Assembly: GCF_001194135.2 (NCBI RefSeq)
Contig: NC_068999.1
Location: 41,350,937-41,389,413, forward strand
Length of the DNA: 38,477 nt
From: Octopus bimaculoides
Lineage: Eukaryota
Direction: 5' to 3'
Part shown: one piece after another, positions 1 to 12,260 of the stretch
How the letters are laid out: each line of letters starts with the position of its first letter
Position numbering within the stretch: position 1 is the stretch's first letter
The notes under the pieces: generated by a model
What the model saw: the letters and a program-made list of their open reading frames with translations, nothing else
What the model was told of the DNA's origin: nothing
Databases searched by the model: none
Position numbers and translations under genes: made by a program

Positions 1-40
1 ATATATATATATATATATATAGGCATTTGACTGTATGTGA

Positions 41-89
<49 letters not shown>

Positions 90-235
90 CAAACACATGC
101 ACACATACGCTTGTGTACATATTCCAGCGTAACTATATACACATGTATACATATGTGTGCGTGTGTGAATATATTTCTATAGCCCTACAGATATAAATGA
201 ATATATAATTATATTGATGTATACATATACGCATG
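1..235. repeat. Compound (TA)n/(TG)n/(CA)n microsatellite tract
   Basis: Direct reading of dinucleotide runs. Confidence 0.9.
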
Positions 236-239
236 CATC

Positions 240-360
240 AGGTGTGACTGTGTGGTAAGTAGCTTGTTTACCAACCACATTGTTCTAGGTTCAGTCCCAC
301 TGCATGGCAATTTGGCCAGATGTCTTCTATTATAGCCACGGACCGCCCGAAGCGTTGAGA
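240..360 (+). mobile_element. SINE family A (tRNA-headed), 5' fragment
   Basis: ggtgtgactgtgtggtaagtagcttgtttaccaaccacat...ggttcagtcccactgcatggca...tgtcttctattatagcc is homologous to the copies at 7015, 9788, 19751 and 23452; A/B-box-like motifs. Confidence 0.8.
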
Positions 361-399
361 CACCCTAAAACGGCAAAAAAAAAACCCTGAATTGTCTCT

Positions 400-1130
400 C
401 TGTATTCTTTACAAGTGGCTACGGAAAACTACATGCAGTTGAATGCCGAGAAGTTCCAAAATGTATACTACCGGTCTACAGGAATGCACACAACCAGGCG
501 ATGGTGCAATTCCAGAGTTGGTGCGTGAGTACTGATGCAATATTCCATGTGCAGATTTCCAAGATGGTAACATTGTACAGCAGAGTGGATGGATGGAATG
601 ATTCTGAAGTCATTCTTAACCAGGAAAAAGGATAAAAGGATACCATTACTACATTCGTTCTCAGTCCCCTAGATTACTGCTCCTAGCCGTGATCGTCACA
701 GAGCTTTACACTAGCAGTAGATCTCGTGGCAACCCGACGCCACTACACAAAGAGGATTGACTCGGTGAAACAGATAAGCCACTGGCAGAAGCTAACGGAA
801 ATGTGGTTCTACTCCTTAGAGAGGACGCGCGAATGATTTACAATGACATACATATGGAAGATTTTCGAAGATCTAACATCCAACTTTGGAATTGAAAGCT
901 ATATCAACCACTGAACTGGACAGCACAGAATAGGACCAAAGATCCAAAAGAAGACTGGATCAATAAGAATCCAGTATTGTAACAGCTTAGGTTTCAAGGG
1001 CCCACTACGGTTCAGCATTCTGCCACAAAAGCTCAGAGATCTGCGAGATGTAGATGTGAAGATCTTCAAAGAACATTTGGACAAATTTTCATCTGGTATC
1101 TCAGATGAATCCACATCGCGGCAGGAGACA
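400..1130 (+). mobile_element. Decayed CR1-group LINE, ORF2 C-terminal region (post-RT)
   Basis: Frameshifted, stop-riddled translation gives ENYMQLNAEKFQ...DAIFHVQISKM...TFVLSPLDYCS*P*...YTKRIDSVKQISHWQKLTEMWFYSLERTRE*FTMTYIWKIFEDLTSNFGIES...CNSLGFKGPLRFSILPQKLRDLRDVDVKIFKEHLDKF, matching the LDYCSxLW / YSLERRRER / KxxLDxF motifs of CR1/L2-type ORF2. Confidence 0.8.
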
Positions 1131-1137
1131 CCGATTC

Positions 1138-1303
1138 GTTTGTTTACGTACTTGGAACTTAGCCTTCCGGCAGAAAAGATCGATAAGTATCAGATTAAAA
1201 GAAAAAAACAAGTACTGGCCTTAATTTGATTAACTAAAAGCCTTAAAGGCGATGCTCCAGCATGATCGCAATCCAATGACAGAAATAAGAAAAAGATAAA
1301 AAG
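1138..1303 (+). mobile_element. SINE family A, 3' fragment
   Basis: tgtttacgt...aaggcgatgctccagcatgatcgcaatccaatgacagaaataagaaaaagataaaaga matches the 3' end of the copy at 30640-30920. Confidence 0.7.
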
Positions 1304-1516
1304 AATATAGATAAACAGAGAAGAAGAAGATTACTAGGAAATAAATTATTGTCTTATTAGCTTACAACTAATGAAGTTCATAAGATAATAGTTTATTCTT
1401 TTGCCATTTCATTTTCTTATTACCGCTTTGTACTCGACTAACGTTTCGCTCAGACAAAAAAGCACATATATTGAGTTCTACACAACGTCATTAGTATTGC
1501 AATGCCTAAGCGAAAC

Positions 1517-1550
<34 letters not shown>
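1517..1550. repeat. (AGAT)n tetranucleotide microsatellite
   Basis: Direct reading. Confidence 0.95.
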
Positions 1551-1551
<1 letters not shown>

Positions 1552-1659
1552 ATACATACGAAGCATGCTTATTAGTATGCGTGAACACAATACATTAATC
1601 ATACGGACATATACGCTTAATAATGGTACACATTATGTACACTCCCATATTCATAAATC

Positions 1660-1692
<33 letters not shown>

Positions 1693-3101
1693 AATCACAA
1701 ATTATTGTAACAGATGAAATACGCAGCATAAGACGTCTTATGCGCAATTGATACACGGAACCATGATCACACGTCATAAATTATAGTTGTGCTGTTCGTT
1801 TGACGCTTTGAAAGACTACCGAGTTTATGGGTGTTTCGTTATGAATTCACAGCTGTGTCATCACCAATAGATAAACCAAGCAACTGGTGATGACAACTGT
1901 AGCTTTTGAAACGGTTAAGAAAATTACATTAGAAGTAGGAAGTTGGGTGGTGGAGAGATGGGGAAGCAGGTAAGTTAGTTGGCGTGTTGAAACATTGGTG
2001 TGCAAGTATGTATGCACATGTTTATGTGCGTATGTGTACATACAGACATACATACATATATATGTTTTACATACGAGTGTAGTATGAGTGGATGTATGTG
2101 TTACAGCATGTCTGTGAGTGTGTATATAGTTATGAAAGTATGTGAGTCCAATAATATATATATNNNNNNNNNNNNNNNNNNNNNNNNNNNNNNNNNNNNN
2201 NNNNNNNNNNNNNNNNNNNNNNNNNNNNNNNNNNNNNNNNNNNNNNNNNNNNNNNNNNNNNNNNNNNNNNNNNNNNNNNNNNNNNNNNNNNNNNNNNNNN
2301 NNNNNNNNNNNNNNNNNNNNNNNNNNNNNNNNNNNNNNNNNNNNNNNNNNNNNNNNNNNNNNNNNNNNNNNNNNNNNNNNNNNNNNNNNNNNNNNNNNNN
2401 NNNNNNNNNNNNNNNNNNNNNNNNNNNNNNNNNNNNNNNNNNNNNNNNNNNNNNNNNNNNNNNNNNNNNNNNNNNNNNNNNNNNNNNNNNNNNNNNNNNN
2501 NNNNNNNNNNNNNNNNNNNNNNNNNNNNNNNNNNNNNNNNNNNNNNNNNNNNNNNNNNNNNNNNNNNNNNNNNNNNNNNNNNNNNNNNNNNNNNNNNNNN
2601 NNNNNNNNNNNNNNNNNNNNNNNNNNNNNNNNNNNNNNNNNNNNNNNNNNNNNNNNNNNNNNNNNNNNNNNNNNNNNNNNNNNNNNNNNNNNNNNNNNNN
2701 NNNNNNNNNNNNNNNNNNNNNNNNNNNNNNNNNNNNNNNNNNNNNNNNNNNNNNNNNNNNNNNNNNNNNNNNNNNNNNNNNNNNNNNNNNNNNNNNNNNN
2801 NNNNNNNNNNNNNNNNNNNNNNNNNNNNNNNNNNNNNNNNNNNNNNNNNNNNNNNNNNNNNNNNNNNNNNNNNNNNNNNNNNNNNNNNNNNNNNNNNNNN
2901 NNNNNNNNNNNNNNNNNNNNNNNNNNNNNNNNNNNNNNNNNNNNNNNNNNNNNNNNNNNNNNNNNNNNNNNNNNNNNNNNNNNNNNNNNNNNNNNNNNNN
3001 NNNNNNNNNNNNNNNNNNNNNNNNNNNNNNNNNNNNNNNNNNNNNNNNNNNNNNNNNNNNNNNNNNNNNNNNNNNNNNNNNNNNNNNNNNNNNNNNNNNN
3101 N

Positions 3102-3490
3102 TTGCCCAAATGATATCGGTTTCACTTTTAAGATCCACCCAAGGCTTGGTCCCTGTGCCATGCGCCCTCTACAGAAATCGCGCTCTCAACACATCACAAC
3201 ACTGAGACAGAACTACTTCTCCTCAACTGGACCTGCTCTTTTTAACATCATTCCAAAACATATAAAGAAGGAAACAGATTTCATAACCTTCAAAAAGTTC
3301 CTGGGTAATATCTCCAACAAATTCCAGACAAACCACCAACACCCGGATATATTGTTGCAAGCAACAACTCTTTAATCGAATGGGCAATGGTGCCTAAAAA
3401 TAACTATACAAAAATACATTACTAAATGTCTTTTCCAGGTGATGCTTTTAAGTTAGCTATGGCCTGGGCCAATGTGGCCGAAACCTGTCT
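3102..3490 (+). mobile_element. Decayed CR1-group LINE 3' end (second family): ORF2 C-terminus and 3' UTR
   Basis: Translates CPNDIGFTFKIHPRLGPCAMRPLQKSRSQHITTLRQNYFSSTGPALFNIIPKHIKKETDFITFKK..., the GPxLFNxLP...FKxxL terminal motif of CR1-type ORF2; emerges from a gap. Confidence 0.7.
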
Positions 3491-3535
3491 AAGCATATAC
3501 ATTTATATATCATATGTGTATACATAAATACGTAT

Positions 3536-3566
<31 letters not shown>

Positions 3567-4137
3567 CACACTTTAAATTTCTATTTATATACGAGTATAT
3601 TAATGCCTGTCCGCATATGTTTGTGTGTCTGTGGTCTTTTTCTCAATAACTCAATGTCATGTTATTTTTCCTAAGTCTACTTAGCAGAATATTTCACTAA
3701 ATTCCTTTTTCTCCTCGTTTTTTTTTTATCATGTATGGTTGAAAGGATGGGTAGAAATACATCCATATTTTTAAATGTAGAGCATTAACTTCAGGTTCTT
3801 GTAAAGTAATGATGAAAAGGAAGTTTTTAAAAATTTTTTTAGAGTACTTCATCTCTACATTAACCTTCAATGTGAATCTTAGAATGGAAGTTCAAATCTA
3901 GGTGTAGCCAAGTTTTTTTTGTATAAGTATTTCTTCTATCACATGCGGACATACGTCTCAGTATTTTTATCATTCATCGCTACAGCTAATGGATGCTACT
4001 TACGAAATGTGTTTCGACAGATGATAGAAAAATGAAATATATATTTAGCTCAGTTTCAAGATGAGGGTTCAATTTGTCACAACTCATAGTTGTACTTAAG
4101 TGGCATCGATTGGGGTATAACATGTGTGTGTGTGTGT

Positions 4138-4471
4138 GGAGGTGCAATGGCCCAGTGGTTAGGGCAGTGGACCCGCGGTCATAGGACCGCAGTTTCGATC
4201 CCGGGCGTTGTGATTGTTTATTGAGCGTAAACACCTAAAGTTCCACGAGGCTCCGGCAGGGGTGGTGGCGAATCCTGCTGTAGTCTACCACCACAACTTT
4301 CATCTATTTTTCCTGTTTCTGTTGTACCTGTATTTCAAAGGGCCAGCCTTGTCACACTCTGTGTCACGCTGAATCTCCCAGAGAACTACGTTAAGGGTAC
4401 ACGTGTCTGTGGAGTGCTCAGCCACTTGCATGTTACTTTCACGAGCAGGCTGTTCCGTTGATCGGATCAAC
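4138..4471 (+). mobile_element. SINE family C (tRNA-derived head), truncated by gap
   Basis: A-box-like tggcccagtgg (4148-4158), hairpin gcggtc-atag-gaccgc, B-box-like gtttcgatccc (4192-4202); 3' part ctgttccgttgatcggatcaac recurs at 6541. Confidence 0.75.
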
Positions 4472-5483
4472 NNNNNNNNNNNNNNNNNNNNNNNNNNNNN
4501 NNNNNNNNNNNNNNNNNNNNNNNNNNNNNNNNNNNNNNNNNNNNNNNNNNNNNNNNNNNNNNNNNNNNNNNNNNNNNNNNNNNNNNNNNNNNNNNNNNNN
4601 NNNNNNNNNNNNNNNNNNNNNNNNNNNNNNNNNNNNNNNNNNNNNNNNNNNNNNNNNNNNNNNNNNNNNNNNNNNNNNNNNNNNNNNNNNNNNNNNNNNN
4701 NNNNNNNNNNNNNNNNNNNNNNNNNNNNNNNNNNNNNNNNNNNNNNNNNNNNNNNNNNNNNNNNNNNNNNNNNNNNNNNNNNNNNNNNNNNNNNNNNNNN
4801 NNNNNNNNNGGAGACAGAGAGAGACCAATGTCTCCCAGCGCCGAAACCGAAATGACTTTGGCTAATGAAATAGGTTTATCCATGTCACTATTTTGTCCAT
4901 CCTGTTAATTGTCGGTTACAGCCTTCATCATTATTTTGACCATATGTGTGTGTGTGTCTGTGTGTCCCTTAATATATATTATTTGCTATAGGAACACATG
5001 AATGATAGAGAGTCATACATATTAATGTTAATGCTATTTAATATGCGTAAAAGCTTTACTTGTATATTAAATTACACCTCGCATATTTGTGTTTGTCCTT
5101 TCTCCTCCTCTCTCTCTCTATCTCTATATCGGTTCCTTCTTTATAATCATTGATTAGTCTCCCGCTTCTTCTTCTAAACCCATTAATTACAACCTTTTTC
5201 TTTTTCTTCTCACGTGTCCTGCGCGGGATCTGACACAGTAATAAATATTCCTTTTCGTACACCTTTTATGCAGTACATCGACCACGTGATTCTTTGTTAA
5301 CTTTAGAGATATTTTATTATTGTAGACATTTACCTATTATAGATACATGAATTATGCCACCTCTAGGGGACTTCAAAATATCGATTTAATTATTTTTATA
5401 CTAACTGAACTCTATTTAGTTTCATGAATCTTAAATGAAGTAATGTAAAGATATACCATTACCCATTAACTTTTGCATTTCAG

Positions 5484-5498
5484 AGGCGACACAAACTA
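5484..5498 (+). other. Candidate 15-nt microexon
   Basis: acccattaacttttgcatttcag|AGGCGACACAAACTA|gtaatt: good acceptor with branch-like ttaac, moderate donor, length a multiple of 3. Confidence 0.25.
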
Positions 5499-5662
5499 GT
5501 AATTTTCTTAAAATCAAATAATCAGTAAATATTTATTATATAATACAGTAATTTTTCTTAGTGTGTATTTTGTAACGTATTCCCATATACGGAGTTGAGG
5601 CTGCATGTTCCACTACCATCCAGCACCTGTCGTTATTGTCCTTTTTCCATCATCATCATCAT

Positions 5663-5693
<31 letters not shown>

Positions 5694-6534
5694 NNNNNNN
5701 NNNNNNNNNNNNNNNNNNNNNNNNNNNNNNNNNNNNNNNNNNNNNNNNNNNNNNNNNNNNNNNNNNNNNNNNNNNNNNNNNNNNNNNNNNNNNNNNNNNN
5801 NNNNNNNNNNNNNNNNNNNNNNNNNNNNNNNNNNNNNNNNNNNNNNNNNNNNNNNNNNNNNNNNNNNNNNNNNNNNNNNNNNNNNNNNNNNNNNNNNNNN
5901 NNNNNNNNNNNNNNNNNNNNNNNNNNNNNNNNNNNNNNNNNNNNNNNNNNNNNNNNNNNNNNNNNNNNNNNNNNNNNNNNNNNNNNNNNNNNNNNNNNNN
6001 NNNNNNNNNNNNNNNNNNNNNNNNNNNNNNNNNNNNNNNNNNNNNNNNNNNNNNNNNNNNNNNNNNNNNNNNNNNNNNNNNNNNNNNNNNNNNNNNNNNN
6101 NNNNNNNNNNNNNNNNNNNNNNNNNNNNNNNNNNNNNNNNNNNNNNNNNNNNNNNNNNNNNNNNNNNNNNNNNNNNNNNNNNNNNNNNNNNNNNNNNNNN
6201 NNNNNNNNNNNNNNNNNNNNNNNNNNNNNNNNNNNNNNNNNNNNNNNNNNNNNNNNNNNNNNNNNNNNNNNNNNNNNNNNNNNNNNNNNNNNNNNNNNNN
6301 NNNNNNNNNNNNNNNNNNNNNNNNNNNNNNNNNNNNNNNNNNNNNNNNNNNNNNNNNNNNNNNNNNNNNNNNNNNNNNNNNNNNNNNNNNNNNNNNNNNN
6401 NNNNNNNNNNNNNNNNNNNNNNNNNNNNNNNNNNNNNNNNNNNNNNNNNNNNNNNNNNNNNNNTATATATACATGGTATCTTAAATTCCACCCTTTCGGG
6501 CGGCTTTTAATCTAGCTCCTGCCGAGGACTCTTC

Positions 6535-6598
6535 ATTGGGCTGTTCCGTTGATCAGATCAACTGGAACCCTTGTCGTCATAACCGACGGAGTGCCACG
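6535..6598 (+). mobile_element. SINE family C 3' fragment
   Basis: ctgttccgttgatcagatcaactggaaccc is near-identical to 4450-4471. Confidence 0.65.
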
Positions 6599-6625
6599 TT
6601 ATATATATGTGGTGTATATATATAT

Positions 6626-6626
<1 letters not shown>

Positions 6627-6680
<54 letters not shown>
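6627..6680. repeat. (TAGA)n microsatellite
   Basis: Direct reading. Confidence 0.95.
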
Positions 6681-6692
6681 TATGGAAATACA

Positions 6693-6840
6693 TTAGGTTG
6701 GTGTGCATAATTATTGCGACAATTTTTCAATAAATTTTATTCAACAAAAGCATCTTTAAATGATTATTCCGGAGCATATTCACCATCTACATATAGTTAT
6801 TTTTCTTTTAACTCTGGGGCTTATTTTAGCCACTCTTTTA
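6693..6840 (-). mobile_element. Mariner-family transposon 3' terminus (TIR plus transposase tail remnant)
   Basis: ttaggttggtgtgcataattattgcg resembles the Hsmar1/MADE1-type TIR (TTAGGTTGGTGCAAAAGTAATTGCG); minus strand encodes ...VDGEYAPE* like a mariner transposase C-terminus. Confidence 0.6.
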
Positions 6841-7014
6841 CCGCACCACCAACTGACCGAGACGGTAACAAAGGGACACTATTTCTCAAGCAGTCGAGTG
6901 GTGAAGACACACACACACACACACACACACACGTATGTACCTACATGTGTGTGTGTGCTCGCATGTATAGGCAAGCTCTGGACTGTTATCGATATGTTGC
7001 CATTTCCAGGAAAT

Positions 7015-7366
7015 TTGGCTAAGAAGCTCTCTTCGCAACCACGTGGTTCCGGTTTCAGTCGCATTGCGCGGCACACTGGGCAAGTGTCTTATACTCCCAG
7101 GCCAACAAATACCTTGTAGGTGAATTTTATAGACGGAAACTGTGTGGAAGCATGTCAAGTATGTGTGTGTGTGTCTTTGATTCTGTGTTTGTCCCCCACC
7201 GCTTCACAACCAGTGTAAATTAGCAGTTTGGCAAAATTCACCGATAAAATGGGCACCAGACTTAAGAATAAGTACAGGGCGTGTCAATCTATTTGACTAG
7301 AATTTTTCCAGGAGGTTCCTTAGCACAGGCGCCGTCCAATAACTGAAACAAGTCAAAGATAAAGAT
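7015..7366 (+). mobile_element. SINE family A, near full-length, diverged
   Basis: Collinear with other family A copies: head, gggcaagtgtctt, agacggaaactg, internal (TG)n, tail aactgaaacaagtcaaagataaagat. Confidence 0.8.
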
Positions 7367-7963
7367 ATTATTTGCTCAAGCCACACCCAGTATAACATTT
7401 TGTTTAGTATACAAGCAAAGTCGGCGTTGCCATGCGAAAAACTGGATATATTTTCGTTCGTCAGAGAGTGTATATATGTGTCTATTACAATTATTTTCAT
7501 TACTATCGTCGTCGTTGACAACATTTCAACTCCAGGTATCCAAACTAGTATTTTTGGCTGTTCAAATACTGTTTTTTCCCTTTGTTCATGTTCAATATTT
7601 ATATCTGGCCATACAGTTAAATGACTAGTCCAATATTTTTTTCTTTGCTTTTCTGTTTCGAAAATGTGTTGTTTTGTTCTTTATGACTTTTTTTTTTCGG
7701 GGGCGTTGCTCGGAAATTTTGTAGCTATATTTTTCTTTGACAGACAATGTAAACAACAAATTAAAAGAAAAATTCTCTAAAAATAAAAAACCTTAACAGA
7801 AGAAACAAACTTTATATTTCTTTGTCTAAATCATGGGTGGACTCGAAACTTTTTTAAAACTATGCGTCGGAGATTAAGCTCAATAAAATTCTTATTCCAT
7901 GCAATAAAAAATCCTTCGCTTCGAGGAGCAACCTAATAGGACACCTGACTAGGACAGAATCGA

Positions 7964-8028
7964 ATAATAATAATCCTTTCTACTATAGGCACAAAGCCTG
8001 AAATTTGAGGAAGGGGGACGAGTCGATA
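7964..8028 (-). mobile_element. SINE family B 3' fragment
   Basis: taataataatcctttctactataggcacaaagcctgaaatttg matches 27921-27966. Confidence 0.7.
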
Positions 8029-8292
8029 ACAAATGATTTCAAATCATTAAGCAGAGTCACACAATTAAATACGGCAGGTAATTTTGCCACACCGTTCTAT
8101 CGAAACTGGCCATTCATCACCCTACACAGCAGATTCTAATTGAAAGAAAAGGCCAGCAGTTTTGATGAGAGGGAGGGATGCGCGAGTCAGCCTACCCCAA
8201 TACATGTGTATAACAATTTGGAATACACTTTATTGATCCTGCAACTATTTACAAATATATACGTAATATGTATGTAGATATTCGTATGATGG

Positions 8293-8333
<41 letters not shown>

Positions 8334-8404
8334 ATACATGTATTCGTAGGATCATGTGACTTTCACAGAAAGTTCCAAGTATAATTTATTCTACACTAAA
8401 ATTA

Positions 8405-8470
8405 TTATTAGCTGACGAAGGATGCGAAACGGTTGTAACCCTGAAAACATCACGTGGTTAAATAAACATA
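8405..8470 (+). ncRNA. Decayed hammerhead-ribozyme-like motif (Penelope-type terminus)
   Basis: CTGACGA-AGG...CCT-GAAA followed by palindromic cacgtg and aataaa; stem I imperfect. Confidence 0.4.
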
Positions 8471-8557
8471 TTCACCTCTCATATCTCCTGACTTTTTTAT
8501 GGATTATATGTGTGTGTGTATGTATGTGTACAGGTTCATATAAATCCGTATGTGTGT

Positions 8558-8589
<32 letters not shown>

Positions 8590-9478
8590 ATTACTATGTG
8601 TGTCTATATACATGTATGTGTATATATATATATATATATATATANNNNNNNNNNNNNNNNNNNNNNNNNNNNNNNNNNNNNNNNNNNNNNNNNNNNNNNN
8701 NNNNNNNNNNNNNNNNNNNNNNNNNNNNNNNNNNNNNNNNNNNNNNNNNNNNNNNNNNNNNNNNNNNNNNNNNNNNNNNNNNNNNNNNNNNNNNNNNNNN
8801 NNNNNNNNNNNNNNNNNNNNNNNNNNNNNNNNNNNNNNNNNNNNNNNNNNNNNNNNNNNNNNNNNNNNNNNNNNNNNNNNNNNNNNNNNNNNNNNNNNNN
8901 NNNNNNNNNNNNNNNNNNNNNNNNNNNNNNNNNNNNNNNNNNNNNNNNNNNNNNNNNNNNNNNNNNNNNNNNNNNNNNNNNNNNNNNNNNNNNNNNNNNN
9001 NNNNNNNNNNNNNNNNNNNNNNNNNNNNNNNNNNNNNNNNNNNNNNNNNNNNNNNNNNNNNNNNNNNNNNNNNNNNNNNNNNNNNNNNNNNNNNNNNNNN
9101 NNNNNNNNNNNNNNNNNNNNNNNNNNNNNNNNNNNNNNNNNNNNNNNNNNNNNNNNNNNNNNNNNNNNNNNNNNNNNNNNNNNNNNNNNNNNNNNNNNNN
9201 NNNNNNNNNNNNNNNNNNNNNNNNNNNNNNNNNNNNNNNNNNNNNNNNNNNNNNNNNNNNNNNNNNNNNNNNNNNNNNNNNNNNNNNNNNNNNNNNNNNN
9301 NNNNNNNNNNNNNNNNNNNNNNNNNNNNNNNNNNNNNNNNNNNNNNNNNNNNNNNNNNNNNNNNNNNNNNNNNNNNNNNNNNNNNNNNNNNNNNNNNNNN
9401 NNNNNNNNNNNNNNNNNNNNNNNNNNNNNNNNNNNNNNNNNNNNNNNNNNNNNNNNNNNNNNNNNNNNNNNNNNNNNN

Positions 9479-9514
<36 letters not shown>

Positions 9515-9749
9515 GATTGGTCATAACCACATGGATCTTTATTATTACTTCTGTAACTTCCAGCATGTGAGAGGCTAAGAGAATCGATTTCTCTTACGTA
9601 TGCCGTAAATCACATGAACAATAAAGGTACCTTGCTACTGAAACACATGTAACATGGATTGAATTGCCATTGTCCATTGTTTTAACTTTATTGTGTATTT
9701 ATCTATACGCACATACACACACACACACACACAATACTAACACACACAG

Positions 9750-9787
<38 letters not shown>

Positions 9788-9931
9788 GACGGGCTTCTTT
9801 CAGCTTCCATCTACCAAGGCTTTAGTCGGCCCAAGGCTATAGAAGAAAACACTTGCCCAAGGTGCCACGCAGTGGGACTGAACCCGGAAGTATGTGGTTG
9901 GTAAGCAAGCTACTTACCACACAGTCACTCC
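9788..9931 (-). mobile_element. SINE family A 5' half
   Basis: gacgggcttctttcag...acttgcccaaggtgccacgcagtgggactgaacccgg...tacttaccacacagtcactcc is the reverse complement of the family A head. Confidence 0.85.
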
Positions 9932-10686
9932 AGTATAGTTTGTATGAAACACTGTCTGATGTAGATAAAGATTTTAAAAAATTCCAGCCAAAAATAATAC
10001 AAGGCAATGATATTACTCACATTGCTTTGACTTTAAATAAAATTAAAATCTTTTAGATAGCTAGATTGATAAATAAACAAATAGATAAACACAATTTGTT
10101 GTCTTCTTTCAACGTGGACTGCTTTNNNNNNNNNNNNNNNNNNNNNNNNNNNNNNNNNNNNNNNNNNNNNNNNNNNNNNNNNNNNNNNNNNNNNNNNNNN
10201 NNNNNNNNNNNNNNNNNNNNNNNNNNNNNNNNNNNNNNNNNNNNNNNNNNNNNNNNNNNNNNNNNNNNNNNNNNNNNNNNNNNNNNNNNNNNNNNNNNNN
10301 NNNNNNNNNNNNNNNNNNNNNNNNNNNNNNNNNNNNNNNNNNNNNNNNNNNNNNNNNNNNNNNNNNNNNNNNNNNNNNNNNNNNNNNNNNNNNNNNNNNN
10401 NNNNNNNNNNNNNNNNNNNNNNNNNNNNNNNNNNNNNNNNNNNNNNNNNNNNNNNNNNNNNNNNNNNNNNNNNNNNNNNNNNNNNNNNNNNNNNNNNNNN
10501 NNNNNNNNNNNNNNNNNNNNNNNNNNNNNNNNNNNNNNNNNNNNNNNNNNNNNNNNNNNNNNNNNNNNNNNNNNNNNNNNNNNNNNNNNNNNNNNNNNNN
10601 NNNNNNNNNNNNNNNNNNNNNNNNNNNNNNNNNNNNNNNNNNNNNNNNNNNTGTGTGTGTGTGTGTGTGCGTGTATATACATACAA

Positions 10687-10718
<32 letters not shown>

Positions 10719-11249
10719 CACTAGACATTTATTAATAATTGGTATTCGAGTCGATTAGTTGATAAATATTTTACAAGATGGAATGATAAATCACGAAATC
10801 TATAATAAGACCGACGTCACCAATAACAACAACACTAATGCCATCACAAATAAAAACAACAAAAATATCGGAGAAAATAAACAAAGAAAATAACAGCAAC
10901 ACTATACGTGAAGTTTATGACTATGACCAGACGAATTCAAATTATAGATGTGAAAAAAAATAATATCTTCTTTGATAATATCATTTTAGAATTATTATTA
11001 TCAAAGATGATGTGTAATTGGTTGACAGTAATAATCGATTAAATTTGATATAAACTAGTAGGAAGAAATAAAACAAACAACAAACGTATAAAAGAGTTTG
11101 TTTGCCAAATATTCAGTTAAATAAATATTCGGGTAAACAGTTACCTTTTTCTATCCTGACACAAACTGAAGATTAAATCATTTGAAGGGAGATAACTGTT
11201 GAATATATGTATTCCAATAATTCTTTGTCACATGATTTGATTTGATAAT

Positions 11250-11350
11250 GAAGGCGCAAAGCCTAATGGTTAAGGTGTTGTACTGACAGTTGCAAGGTCA
11301 TAATTTCGATTCCCAAGACGGGCGCTGCGTTTTTGTTCTTAAGCAATACG
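11250..11350 (+). mobile_element. SINE family C-like tRNA head, diverged
   Basis: ggcgcaaagcctaatggttaaggtg...tttcgattcccaagacgggcgctgcg parallels 4138-4210. Confidence 0.5.
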
Positions 11351-12190
11351 CCATGGAGACTGGGCAACTGGCCCTGCGATGGTGATGATGAAACAAAACA
11401 GATTGGCGTTCCTAATGAATAAGATTTAACAAAGTTACAAATTACAAAGTGAGACAAGCATAAGTATTTATAAAAGCTCCCAGTTCATAACTGGGTCTTT
11501 CTTGACCGTAGTACGATGAAAAGGAAACGTGTCTTAAATACTAGCTTCTACGAAAGACAGAAGCTTTCTATTATATCGAGGCTACGAACGTGATTGGTAC
11601 ATATTTTTTTTTTTTTTTTTGGATCTGTACGAAATAGAAACACCGTATAATACTTTTTTTATCTTTTGTTTTTAGTCAGTGATATTTCCTATCTGCTTCG
11701 ATCTAGAAATCAAAGGAGATTACTACTATTCTCTTGAAACTTTGCTTTTCTGACCTGGACATCAATGTTTTGAAACTGACCTATTTTCCATTACATTTCA
11801 GACAGATTGAGCCATGATGAGCTATATCGTTAAAATATACACACCCGTAACGGACCATATGTAACGCACCACATCTTTAAAAATATACATCCGTAACTCT
11901 AGTTTGTTTTTGTACACATTATTTTTTTATACATTTGTCTCAAATAGGAATAGTTCTTAGACTATCCGAAAAAATGCCTCATGGTTTTCTTCAAAACCTC
12001 CGTTTGGTTTCTTTGAATCCCAAGGGTGATGAATAGGAAATATTTCAGCAAGTGTCCAAGTATTTTAGCTGGAGCAGGGAATGCGTAGTGGGGGACCCTT
12101 TCAAATTCCATGCCCCCCAGTCTCTCTCTCTCTTCTCTCCGTGTGTATGTACGCATATATATCCCATACTCTTCCTGTCTCTCTCTCTCC

Positions 12191-12241
<51 letters not shown>

Positions 12242-12260
12242 TACATACATACATACATGG

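Noticed and set aside
1430-1500. Minus-strand …ctaatga…cgaaacgttagtc hammerhead-like string
   Set aside because: Core mutated and stems II/III not convincingly complementary.
1853-1970. Exon-like segment ending in CAG|gtaagt
   Set aside because: All three frames from the nearest acceptor contain stops; could only be non-coding, with no support.
3605-3955. Possible MITE with short tgtccgcat/atgcggaca ends
   Set aside because: Only ~9-12 bp of terminal complementarity and no clear TSD; not enough to call.
4138-4210. tRNA-like sequence
   Set aside because: A/B boxes and an anticodon-like hairpin are present, but there is no acceptor stem and it continues into a repeated SINE body; the same applies to the heads of SINE families A and B.
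9564-9637. Overlapping exon candidates on both strands (+9564-9626 CERLRESISLTYAVNHMNNK; -9598-9637 ARYLYCSCDLRH)
   Set aside because: Equally plausible on both strands, which shows that such matches arise by chance; no recognisable homology.
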